64,000 nt of DNA from Candidatus Thorarchaeota archaeon (lineage in GTDB: Archaea > Asgardarchaeota > Thorarchaeia > Thorarchaeales > Thorarchaeaceae), in NCBI GenBank assembly GCA_029855935.1, contig JAGSHN010000017.1:1-64000 (forward strand), in the 5' to 3' direction. The first letter of the stretch is position 1, and each line of letters opens with the position of its first letter. A model generated the notes under the pieces. The model made no database searches, was not told where the DNA came from, and saw nothing but the letters and a program-made list of their open reading frames with translations. The position numbers and the translations under genes are program-made. Positions 18,464 through 26,627 of the stretch are shown here, piece by piece.

Positions 18464-19216
18464 ATGACACAAGCAGAACGCAATGAGGATCCGGTGAAGA
18501 TCGCCAAGAGGATACTGGATGCGCTGAGGAGAGAACCGTCTCTCCGAGAGGAGTTCCTTGAGATCATAGCCCCATCGACGTACGTCAGGCGTGACGAGCT
18601 GACACAGGTCCTTGAGGAGATTCGACAACTCCGTATAGAGAGCAACAAACGCTTCGAGGCAATGGACAGACGATTCGAGGCAATGGACAGACGATTCGAG
18701 GCGATGCAGAGACAGATGGACGAACGCTTCGAGGCAATGGACAGACGATTCGAGGCAATGCAGGAAGTCCTAGTTGTGATGCAGGCTGACATTGCGGACC
18801 TGTCGGGCAAGTACGGCAAGCGGGCTGAGGACGCTGTCCGGAGACTTCTCTCAAGAGTACTGGAGGCGGAGGGAATCGAGACTGCAAGGATTGAGCACAT
18901 CCAGGTCAAGGACAGGGATGGCTCTGTCTTGGGCAAGGGCTACACGACGGACATCGACATCTACTACAAGGGCAGGGAGACATGGATAATAGAGTACAAG
19001 GCCCGTGCGAAGAGGGAGGACATCATTCATCTGCACCTGGTGGCGAGGCTTCTGAGGGAGCAGTACAGAATCAATCCCGACAGGGTGCTGATGGTCACTC
19101 TGAACATAGCAGATGAGGCGCGAGTGCTGGCTGAGGACATGGACATAGAGGTGCTTCAGGGGAGGAGCACGAATCCCACACCACTACCGCCGCCTGCAAC
19201 GGACGGCCCAGCGTGA
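18464..19216 (+). CDS. Coiled-coil-repeat PD-(D/E)XK nuclease-like protein (DUF3782/paREP-like)
   Basis: RFEAMDR heptads, then TDIDIYY...WIIEYK; CTTAAAT TATA-like box at 18431-18437. Confidence 0.75.
   Translation: MTQAERNEDPVKIAKRILDALRREPSLREEFLEIIAPSTYVRRDELTQVLEEIRQLRIESNKRFEAMDRRFEAMDRRFEAMQRQMDERFEAMDRRFEAMQEVLVVMQADIADLSGKYGKRAEDAVRRLLSRVLEAEGIETARIEHIQVKDRDGSVLGKGYTTDIDIYYKGRETWIIEYKARAKREDIIHLHLVARLLREQYRINPDRVLMVTLNIADEARVLAEDMDIEVLQGRSTNPTPLPPPATDGPA
18650..18763 (+). repeat. Intragenic 21-bp tandem repeat (5 units, one 12-nt interruption)
   Basis: Units of cg(a/c)ttcgaggcaatggacaga start at 18650, 18671, 18692, 18725 and 18746 (third and fifth diverge at the 3' end). Confidence 0.9.
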
Positions 19217-19857
19217 ATGTCCGCTCGTTTTCTTGCTGATGTAGGCTGCTGTTTCTCGGAGATGGGAGGACCCAGCCGCAAGAGGAATGTGGAAACCTGG
19301 GCCATTCCCCGAGGAGCCACAGGTTGTCCATATTGTATATGGAAGAGTCGCGTTTATTGGTTGTGTAGAGTGCGGATGACATGCGGCTAGTGTGCCATTG
19401 CCAGGGGCTGAAGCACAGCAGATACAATCATGGGTAGCACGTACCCCTGCGTCCCCGCATCCGGCGGTCCAGACAATGGCTCCGAAACACCTGTCCCTCT
19501 GATGCCAGCCACTCAGACGCAAGGTCCTGCCGCGCGGAGTAGTGACCTTATAGCGGAATGCCTCCCGCTAGCGCAGGACCATTTCCATTTCCATTTCCCT
19601 CAGTTGTCCTCCCAAATGCTCTAAGCAGGCTATCGACTGTTCTCGCAGTTCCCATCCGCTGCTGGCCGCCAGCACTGGAATCGGTGCAGTTCGCTATGGG
19701 ACCCGTGGTCGCCATTGTGTTATGGGGCGCACTCAGCCACATCGCTTGGAGAAAGTACTGTGCAGGACGTCCCAATAATAGGGGGACCACAACGACGGAC
19801 AGATTAAATAGGTGCATCAATCTTCGACTGTCCAGTGGTGACCGAGAAGTGTCGTCG

Positions 19858-20199
19858 ATGGACAGAAGGCGCTACACCTACTACGTCATATTGTTTCTCG
19901 GACTTGTCCTAGTGAGCCTCTATTTTCTAGTACTCTATCAATGGGTGGGACTGAGCAGTCTTGCCTCGCTATTGCTTGTTGGCAGTGGTGGCCTGTTCAT
20001 CCTGCTCGCACTCGTTGCCCCCTTTGGCCGCTCTAGACCTGCAAGACTCGGACTCACTGCCTTGTGCGGTCTCATTGCTGGAACTCACGCATATCTCGAT
20101 ATCATATTGCTGCAGGGTCAGATGGGGACTGTGATGTTCATATGGATTGGCCTGGGCACAATGCTCGTCACTGCACCACTGCGATGGCTCAAAGAGTGA
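19858..20199 (+). CDS. Small 4-TM hypothetical membrane protein
   Basis: MDRRRYTYYVILFLGLVLV... four hydrophobic segments; ATTAAATA upstream at about 19803. Confidence 0.65.
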   Translation: MDRRRYTYYVILFLGLVLVSLYFLVLYQWVGLSSLASLLLVGSGGLFILLALVAPFGRSRPARLGLTALCGLIAGTHAYLDIILLQGQMGTVMFIWIGLGTMLVTAPLRWLKE

Positions 20200-20250
20200 T
20201 TCGATCTCATATTCCATTTCGCGGCAGTCAGCACGGCACGGGCCCAACCA

Positions 20251-20820
20251 CTACTCGGATTCGTCCCTCTTGCCCGTCTCGGCAGTCGACTCCTCAGTCC
20301 TCTCTATAGGCTCTCTCGCTTCTCCCTCTTTCTCACTGCCTCTCGTCTCCTCCGGCTCCTCCACGAACACCTCAACAGCCGAACGCACTGCTGGGCGTCC
20401 AGCGTACGAGAGTCTTGAGTAGTCAAGTAGGCCTGGCGTGACCGCATCCTCAAGAGGTGGTATCATTGCCAGACCGCCTGCCGTGACCAGAGCGCCGATG
20501 ATCCCCCAGAAGACGAGTCCAAGGCCACCGCCCCACTCGGCCGGCACAGACATAGAAAAGATTGCGTAGAACAGTGATGCCACAACGGAGAAGCCGAACA
20601 TCGTCGTCTTGGCCTTGCCGCGAACTGGTCGAAGGTATCCCACGTAGAGGAAGACCATCACCGGTGGCAGACCCAGCACGGGGAGGAGCACTGCGGTCAG
20701 GATGTTGAGCGTGATCGTACCAGTCAGCCACAGATAGCCAAAGCTGAAGTAGAACGCGCCCAGTATGGCCATTCCAAGCCAGACCATGCAGTAGTAGTCG
20801 GTGTCCTCTCGTAGATGCAT
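20251..20820 (-). CDS. 4-TM membrane protein with acidic C-tail, co-oriented downstream of the FAD-NuoB fusion
   Basis: Four hydrophobic helices; 22-nt gap with GGAGG after the fusion gene. Confidence 0.75.
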   Translation of the reverse strand: MHLREDTDYYCMVWLGMAILGAFYFSFGYLWLTGTITLNILTAVLLPVLGLPPVMVFLYVGYLRPVRGKAKTTMFGFSVVASLFYAIFSMSVPAEWGGGLGLVFWGIIGALVTAGGLAMIPPLEDAVTPGLLDYSRLSYAGRPAVRSAVEVFVEEPEETRGSEKEGEAREPIERTEESTAETGKRDESE

Positions 20821-20842
20821 CTCTCTATCTCCTCCCTGTGGT

Positions 20843-22783
20843 CTATCTCAGGAAGCCCATGGCATCCTGGTTCTCGTATTTCATCTGCCAGTGCGTCGTG
20901 CCAGCACGGATCTTGTTCTGAAGTATCAGATGGGCTCGTATGAAGTCTGACGGCTTCGGCGGGCACCCCGGTAGATAGACATCCACAGGAACGACCTCCT
21001 CGGGGTCCTTGACAAGAGAGTAGCCGTCCCAGAACATGCCGCCGCTCGCAGCACACTGACCGAACGATATCACAAACTTTGGCTCAGGCATCTGCTCGTA
21101 GATTCGGCGCAGCCTGGGCGCCATCTTCTTCGTCAGCGAACCGGATATCCACAGCACATCAGTCTGACGAGGACCAAACAGCGGAAGCATACCGAACCGC
21201 TCAGTGTCCCACCGTGGAGCCACAGCGGCGGACCCCTCGACCATGCAGCAGCCCAGACCGAACTGTACTGGCCAGGGACTGTGAGCACGACCCCATCGGA
21301 GAAGCCACTTGATCGGTGGCAGGTTCTGCAGCCACTTCAACACGATTGGCCCCATCCGGCCGAAGCCGTTCCTCAGCAGATCGTAGCCAAGCCACATGAA
21401 GTACTTGCCGACTCTGAGTACAAGAGGCAGCCAGTAGGCAAACACCTTCCCCGGGTTCGCCACCTCATTGGGGTCGAACTTGAGCTTGGCGGCACGAATC
21501 CGTGCAAGGCGCCTCTTGCCGAAGTACTGTGGAGCATAGTTCGCCAGCCAGATGCCGGTCGAATGAACGTGACCCCCGTGCCTCTGTGCAATCTTGAAGA
21601 CCACGAAGCTCTGAACCCAAGATAGCATGAAGCCGAACCGCCGCTCGTCCTCAAGGAAGTAGCCCATTAGCGTGACCCCGTTCTTCGATGTCACGTAGCC
21701 GTCCATGCCTGCCCGCGCTGAGGCCTGCTCGAACTGAAAGTCGTCGAGGATGAGCATCAGATTCTCCAATGGCGCAAAGGCCTGTCCGACGACCAGCGAC
21801 GGGCCGAGCTTCTTGATCTTCATTGGATAGAAGCGCTGCTCCCACTCGTGTTCCGCAACGTGCTCGTCGTAGACTTTGCCCTTCAGCTCCTTCGCCACCC
21901 TGCGTACAACCTCGAGGCCCTCCTCGGTCTCCTCATCGGAACCATCGTACGCAAAGAGCGCGACACAGTGATGAACGGGATAGGGATAGGGGCCCGGGCC
22001 CTCCCAGATCTCCTTCTTGAGGTCGACGTACTTGCTCTCCTTGAACTTGATTGTGTGTGGGAGCGGACCCTCCTCCAGAATCTTCTCGATTGCAAATGTC
22101 ATCAGGTAGTTCTCAGGAAAGCTGACGACGATGCACTTGATGGGGGTGAGAGCTTTGACCTTGAGCGTGACCTTGGTGATTATCCCCAGAATGCCCTCGG
22201 TGTCGCAGAACAGGTCGGTATCGCGGCTGCGCACAATTCGCCCATTGGGGAGGACCACCTCGACCTCCTCGACGTTCTCGTTGATGTTGCCGTACTTCAG
22301 CGAGCCGATACCGTCACCACCCTGAGCCACCCAACCTCCAACCGTGGCCGAGATTCCCGATGAGGGATAGGTGCGCAGGTCCAGTCCCTGACGATTGAGC
22401 TCAAACTGCAGGTGCGCCCAGGAGATTCCGGGCTCCACTGTGACCGTCAGGCCCTCGGGGTCGACACTCAACACGCGATCCATCCTACGCATATCAACAA
22501 TGATGCCGCCCTTTCTGGGAATCGCACCGCCGTAGCCTGAGGTGCCAGCGCCACGTGGGACAATTGGCACGCGCTCCTCATTGGCGAACTTGAAGAGCGC
22601 GACAATCTCGTCCACCGACTCGGGCTGCACAAGTGCATCAGGTTTGTTGTTCATCAGCCAGCCGACCTGCTTGGGCAGTGAACCTACATCCATACTGTGG
22701 ATGTGAAGCTCGTACTTCTCTGTGATCAGCCGGTCACCGAATATCGCTTTCAGGCGCTCCAATTGATCCTTCTTCAGTCCCAT
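20843..22783 (-). CDS. FAD-linked oxidoreductase (VAO/GlcD family) fused to a C-terminal NuoB domain
   Basis: N-part PRGAGTSGYGGAIP, ATVGGWVA, TEGILGIITKVTLK, DPNEVANPGKV; C-part GLGCCMVE, PRQTDVL, QMPEPKFVISFGQCAASGG, VDVYLPGCPP. Confidence 0.9.
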   Translation of the reverse strand: MGLKKDQLERLKAIFGDRLITEKYELHIHSMDVGSLPKQVGWLMNNKPDALVQPESVDEIVALFKFANEERVPIVPRGAGTSGYGGAIPRKGGIIVDMRRMDRVLSVDPEGLTVTVEPGISWAHLQFELNRQGLDLRTYPSSGISATVGGWVAQGGDGIGSLKYGNINENVEEVEVVLPNGRIVRSRDTDLFCDTEGILGIITKVTLKVKALTPIKCIVVSFPENYLMTFAIEKILEEGPLPHTIKFKESKYVDLKKEIWEGPGPYPYPVHHCVALFAYDGSDEETEEGLEVVRRVAKELKGKVYDEHVAEHEWEQRFYPMKIKKLGPSLVVGQAFAPLENLMLILDDFQFEQASARAGMDGYVTSKNGVTLMGYFLEDERRFGFMLSWVQSFVVFKIAQRHGGHVHSTGIWLANYAPQYFGKRRLARIRAAKLKFDPNEVANPGKVFAYWLPLVLRVGKYFMWLGYDLLRNGFGRMGPIVLKWLQNLPPIKWLLRWGRAHSPWPVQFGLGCCMVEGSAAVAPRWDTERFGMLPLFGPRQTDVLWISGSLTKKMAPRLRRIYEQMPEPKFVISFGQCAASGGMFWDGYSLVKDPEEVVPVDVYLPGCPPKPSDFIRAHLILQNKIRAGTTHWQMKYENQDAMGFLR

Positions 22784-23067
22784 ACGGTATCACGCCCGAG
22801 GTCAATGTGGGAGCCTTCGAAGACTCAGTTCCTGTCAGGCCTAGACCGTGAATAAAAAGATAGCGAGTCGGCAATAGTCGTCCGATTGTGCAGATACTCA
22901 GCAGGGTCATCCCCTCAGATGGGGCCCTGTCATAGGACACGATATTCAAACAAGTGGTTGAATAAAGATATAATGGAGCAGTCGTCGCATTAGGAAAACC
23001 TATTTACGTGGGCAAGGGCCGCTTTCCCCGGTCAAAGAACGACAACAGGTCAAAGAGGCAGGCCCCA

Positions 23068-24294
23068 ATGCACTTCGAGATGCTTGAACAGTACAACCTT
23101 CAGGACATGGCCTTCATCTGTGCCCAGTGCAGCTTCTGTCAGGTGGGTCACGGTGCGTGCCCGACCTACAAGGTCAAGCGCCGGGACAGCTACTCAGGCA
23201 AGGGCAAGATGATCATCGCACGAGCGCTACTTCAGGGTAGGCTCTCACCCAGCGAGGCACTGGAGGGTCTTCGCGATGCCGTGTTCGGATGCACCCTCTG
23301 TGGCGGATGTGAGGAGGTGTGTCAAGTAGACATACCCTTTGTCCAGATCTACCAACTTCTGCGTGGTGAGTTCCTCAAGCTGAACCTCTGGCCGGAGCAG
23401 CTAAAGATGATGAAGAAGACCCTGATCAAGACACGGAACGTGCAGGGCCAGCCGAACATCGACCGTGTGGAGGGATGGTCATACTGGCATCCCGATGAGG
23501 ATGCGCTCTTGGAGAAAGTGGGGCAGCCTGCGGAGACCGGGTTCTTCGTCGGATGCGGTTCATCATTCCGCGGTATTGCCATTCAGGCGACGATTGCCAC
23601 AACTCTGATTCTCGATGACGCCGGCATCGAATACACGCTTCTTGGAGAGGACGAGTGGTGTTGCGGAGCCCCGCTGATCATGACTGGCGACTTCGAGGGC
23701 GCGAAGGAGTTCGCTCTACACAACATCGAGGAGTTCCGCAAGCTCGGTGTGAAGCGGATTGTGACAAATTGTCCAGGCTGCTACAAGATGTGGCATCACG
23801 AGTATCACCAGCTTCTCGGCATTGATCACGAATTTGAGATCGTGTACGGTCCCGTACTCTACGCCAAGCTAGTAGAGGAGGGCAAGCTGGAGGGCAAGAT
23901 TAAGGACCTCCCGGTCTCGGTCACATTCCACGACCCGTGCGATGCTGGGCGCAACAGTGGCATCTATGAGGAGCCCAGAGTTGTACTGAAGAACATACCC
24001 GGACTCAGATTTGAGGAGCTTCCTCACAACCGGGAGAACTCGTACTGCTGCGGTTCAGGAGGTGTTCTGAGAGCACAGGACGAGGAGTTCTGTCTGAAGA
24101 TAAACGAGCTGAAAGTACGCGACATCGAGCAGACGGATGCGGACTGGGTGATCTCCGCCTGCCCGTCATGTGTGGACTTCATCAACACAGGACTACCAGA
24201 GGCCGGGTCTGAGAAGAAGTCCAAGGACCTCGCCGTGCTGCTTGCAGAGGCTCTCGGACATACCTGGGACGGACTCGACGACGTCTACGGCTGA
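23068..24294 (+). CDS. GlcF/HdrD-like FeS oxidoreductase (2x 4Fe-4S plus 2 CCG domains)
   Basis: CAQCSFC..ACP, CTLCGGCEEVC, FVGC/EWCCG/CPGC, FHDPC/YCCGSGG/ACPSC; start at ATG 23068. Confidence 0.9.
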   Translation: MHFEMLEQYNLQDMAFICAQCSFCQVGHGACPTYKVKRRDSYSGKGKMIIARALLQGRLSPSEALEGLRDAVFGCTLCGGCEEVCQVDIPFVQIYQLLRGEFLKLNLWPEQLKMMKKTLIKTRNVQGQPNIDRVEGWSYWHPDEDALLEKVGQPAETGFFVGCGSSFRGIAIQATIATTLILDDAGIEYTLLGEDEWCCGAPLIMTGDFEGAKEFALHNIEEFRKLGVKRIVTNCPGCYKMWHHEYHQLLGIDHEFEIVYGPVLYAKLVEEGKLEGKIKDLPVSVTFHDPCDAGRNSGIYEEPRVVLKNIPGLRFEELPHNRENSYCCGSGGVLRAQDEEFCLKINELKVRDIEQTDADWVISACPSCVDFINTGLPEAGSEKKSKDLAVLLAEALGHTWDGLDDVYG

Positions 24295-25331
24295 GGCGCC
24301 GGGGGAGGTCGCAGCAGAGTCCTGACTGCCAGCCCTACAAAGACGAGTAGCATCACAGCAACGAGAACGTATACCAGTAGTGGCGTCCTCATGTCAATCA
24401 CAACATAGCCAACCGTCAGGTACAGTCCCGTCAACAGATGGGTCATAATCGTCCCGGCGTTCGCAGGTATCATTCTCAGGGGCTCATCGTAATGTCGTCG
24501 TGCAGTCCTGATTGCAATGGCCGCGATAGGAACCGTGAGCAGACCATAGAGCTGCGTCCACGGAACAAGGCCAACGAACGTGAACAACACTATGACAGCA
24601 TAGGTGACGATCATCAGACCCGCATACACAGCTGATGCTCGCCTCCTACCCAGACGCACTACAGCCGTGTACTTGCCAGCAGCCCTGTCGCCCTCCATAT
24701 CTGGAAACTCATTGATGAACAACACCAGAGAGATGAGTAGTGCCACCGGGAGCGAGGCGAAGACTGGTTCCCAGTCAAGGGCCTGTGTCTGCACGAAGAA
24801 GGCTCCAAGCGTCATCAGGATGCCAAAGTTCAGCCCGATGAATATCTCTCCAATCCCCCGACTCACAAGCCTGACTGGGGGTGCTGTGTAGAAGAAACCA
24901 GATGCTGCACCAATCAGCCCAAGGACAACTATCACCCAACCGAGGTGGAGATAGAGGTAGAAGCCGATTGCCACGGCAATGCCGAAGAAGACGAATGACC
25001 CCGCGAGGACCTCGCCGGGACTCAACAGGCCCTCCTGTATCACCCGGCTGCCTCCACTGAAGGGTCGAATGAAACCCTCGTTGACGTTATCGGCGCCACT
25101 CTTGTAGTCGAAGTAGTCATTGGCGATGTTTGCGCCGAGATGCAGACAGGCGGCCGCCACAAGAGTGAGGAAGAAAAACCAGAGGTTCAGGCCGTGCGTC
25201 CGCTCCCAAGCAATTGCGGTTCCTAGCAGCACGGGAACGAGTGACGCCGTCAAGAAACTCAACCTCATCTCACGTATCCAGATTCGAAGCCTCCCGGGCT
25301 TCGGCTCTACTGGGGCTCTCTCGCCAGTCAT
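24285..25331 (-). CDS. menA: 1,4-dihydroxy-2-naphthoate prenyltransferase (MenA/UBIAD1-type)
   Basis: NIANDYFDYKSGAD, PFSGGSRV, FYTAPP, GIGE, NEFPDMEGDRAAGKYT. Confidence 0.88.
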   Translation of the reverse strand: MTGERAPVEPKPGRLRIWIREMRLSFLTASLVPVLLGTAIAWERTHGLNLWFFFLTLVAAACLHLGANIANDYFDYKSGADNVNEGFIRPFSGGSRVIQEGLLSPGEVLAGSFVFFGIAVAIGFYLYLHLGWVIVVLGLIGAASGFFYTAPPVRLVSRGIGEIFIGLNFGILMTLGAFFVQTQALDWEPVFASLPVALLISLVLFINEFPDMEGDRAAGKYTAVVRLGRRRASAVYAGLMIVTYAVIVLFTFVGLVPWTQLYGLLTVPIAAIAIRTARRHYDEPLRMIPANAGTIMTHLLTGLYLTVGYVVIDMRTPLLVYVLVAVMLLVFVGLAVRTLLRPPPAPQP

Positions 25332-25544
25332 TGTGGGTCGACGGAGCAGCAGGCGGGAAGAATAAAAGATTGATGGAACAGGGCCGGCATAGTAACGCAT
25401 TCGGGGTCACACCGCGCACGATCCCCTGGGCCTACACCAAGAGACAATGCCCTTCAGGGCGGATTCCACATTGTCCTCAGGACAAGTACTTTAAGAGGCG
25501 GTCGTCACGTAGCACTGTCGCCTGTTATCCGGAGAGGTAGCGTC

Positions 25545-26612
25545 ATGTCCGGCAGAGAGATGTCGACAGACAGGGATTCTCGCACCGAGTGCGACCAGCG
25601 CGACACGAGTCTCGCTGCCGGTTCCACAGGCCTGCTCACAATCGATGATCTCACCGCCGACGAGGAGTTCGGAGCAATAATATCGGCTATCAACACGGCG
25701 ATGGACGAGTTTGTTCAGAACCTATACGGAGAGCCTGCCTCACTCTATGAGGCGGCCAGACACCTGCTTGTTGCCGGGGGCAAGAGGCTCCGCTCTCTGA
25801 TTGTCCTCTTGGCGACACAGGCGGTCGGAGGTGACATTGAGGACGCATTGCCGTTCGCTGTAGCAATGGAGCTGGTGCAGACCGCCAGCCTTCTTCACGA
25901 TGACGTGATTGACGACGACGTCCTACGGCGAGGTGTCGAGACCGCACACAGAAAGTTCGGGACCAGAATTGCAATCCTCGCGGGAGACCTTCTCGTTGCA
26001 GAGGCGATGAGCCTGATTGGAGAGAGGGCGACTCCAGAGCTCCTCGCCATGATAGGAAAGGCGGGGATAATGCTGTGTGAGGGCGAGGCATCCGACTTGC
26101 TGATGGAGATCACTGATAGCGAGTCGGTCAGTGTGAGACGCTATCTGGCAATGGCGGAGAGAAAGACCGCATCACTTCTGCGGGTAGCGGCAGGTGTCGG
26201 GGCAGTGGTCGGAGGTGGTACGACAGAGCAGCGCGACGCTCTGATGGAGTACGCTCGGAAGATTGGTCTGGCATTCCAGATTCGTGACGATGTTCTGAAT
26301 CTGACATCAACTCCCGATGTGACAGGCAAGTCGGTCCTCTCAGACCTGAAGTGGAAGACCAGCAACTACGTGGTGATCCACTGCCTCGAACACTGCAGTC
26401 AGCCTGTTCGCGAGGAGTGCCTGAGGGCACTCGGATCCAACTCGTATGAGGACGTTCTCCGTGTCCTGGAGGAGTCCGGTTCCATAGCGCACGCGAATGA
26501 GGTGGCGTGGCGCTTGGCACGTGAGGCAAAGGCCGTCCTGAGAGGCGCAGACCTGCAGAAGAAACATCTTCTTGAGAGGCTCGCTGACTTTGTCGTCCTC
26601 AGGGCGCACTAG
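25545..26612 (+). CDS. trans-polyprenyl diphosphate synthase, probably medium/long chain
   Basis: GGKRLR, FARM TASLLHDDVIDDD-x2-RRG, KTASL, FQIRDDVLN. Confidence 0.9.
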   Translation: MSGREMSTDRDSRTECDQRDTSLAAGSTGLLTIDDLTADEEFGAIISAINTAMDEFVQNLYGEPASLYEAARHLLVAGGKRLRSLIVLLATQAVGGDIEDALPFAVAMELVQTASLLHDDVIDDDVLRRGVETAHRKFGTRIAILAGDLLVAEAMSLIGERATPELLAMIGKAGIMLCEGEASDLLMEITDSESVSVRRYLAMAERKTASLLRVAAGVGAVVGGGTTEQRDALMEYARKIGLAFQIRDDVLNLTSTPDVTGKSVLSDLKWKTSNYVVIHCLEHCSQPVREECLRALGSNSYEDVLRVLEESGSIAHANEVAWRLAREAKAVLRGADLQKKHLLERLADFVVLRAH

Positions 26613-26627
26613 GAACGGGACATGGTC

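Noticed and set aside
18650-18763. CRISPR array
   Set aside because: The 21-nt units are contiguous with no unique spacers, lie in frame in a CDS, and there are no cas genes.
19558-19857. N-terminal extension of the 19558-20199 ORF and the (CCATTT)3 microsatellite
   Set aside because: The extension is not protein-like, a TATA-like tract supports ATG 19858, and the repeat is too short to interpret.
22999-23007. CCTATTTAC shared with the rdhA promoter (3806-3814) as a regulon motif
   Set aside because: A 9-mer TATA variant at two sites is not enough to infer co-regulation.
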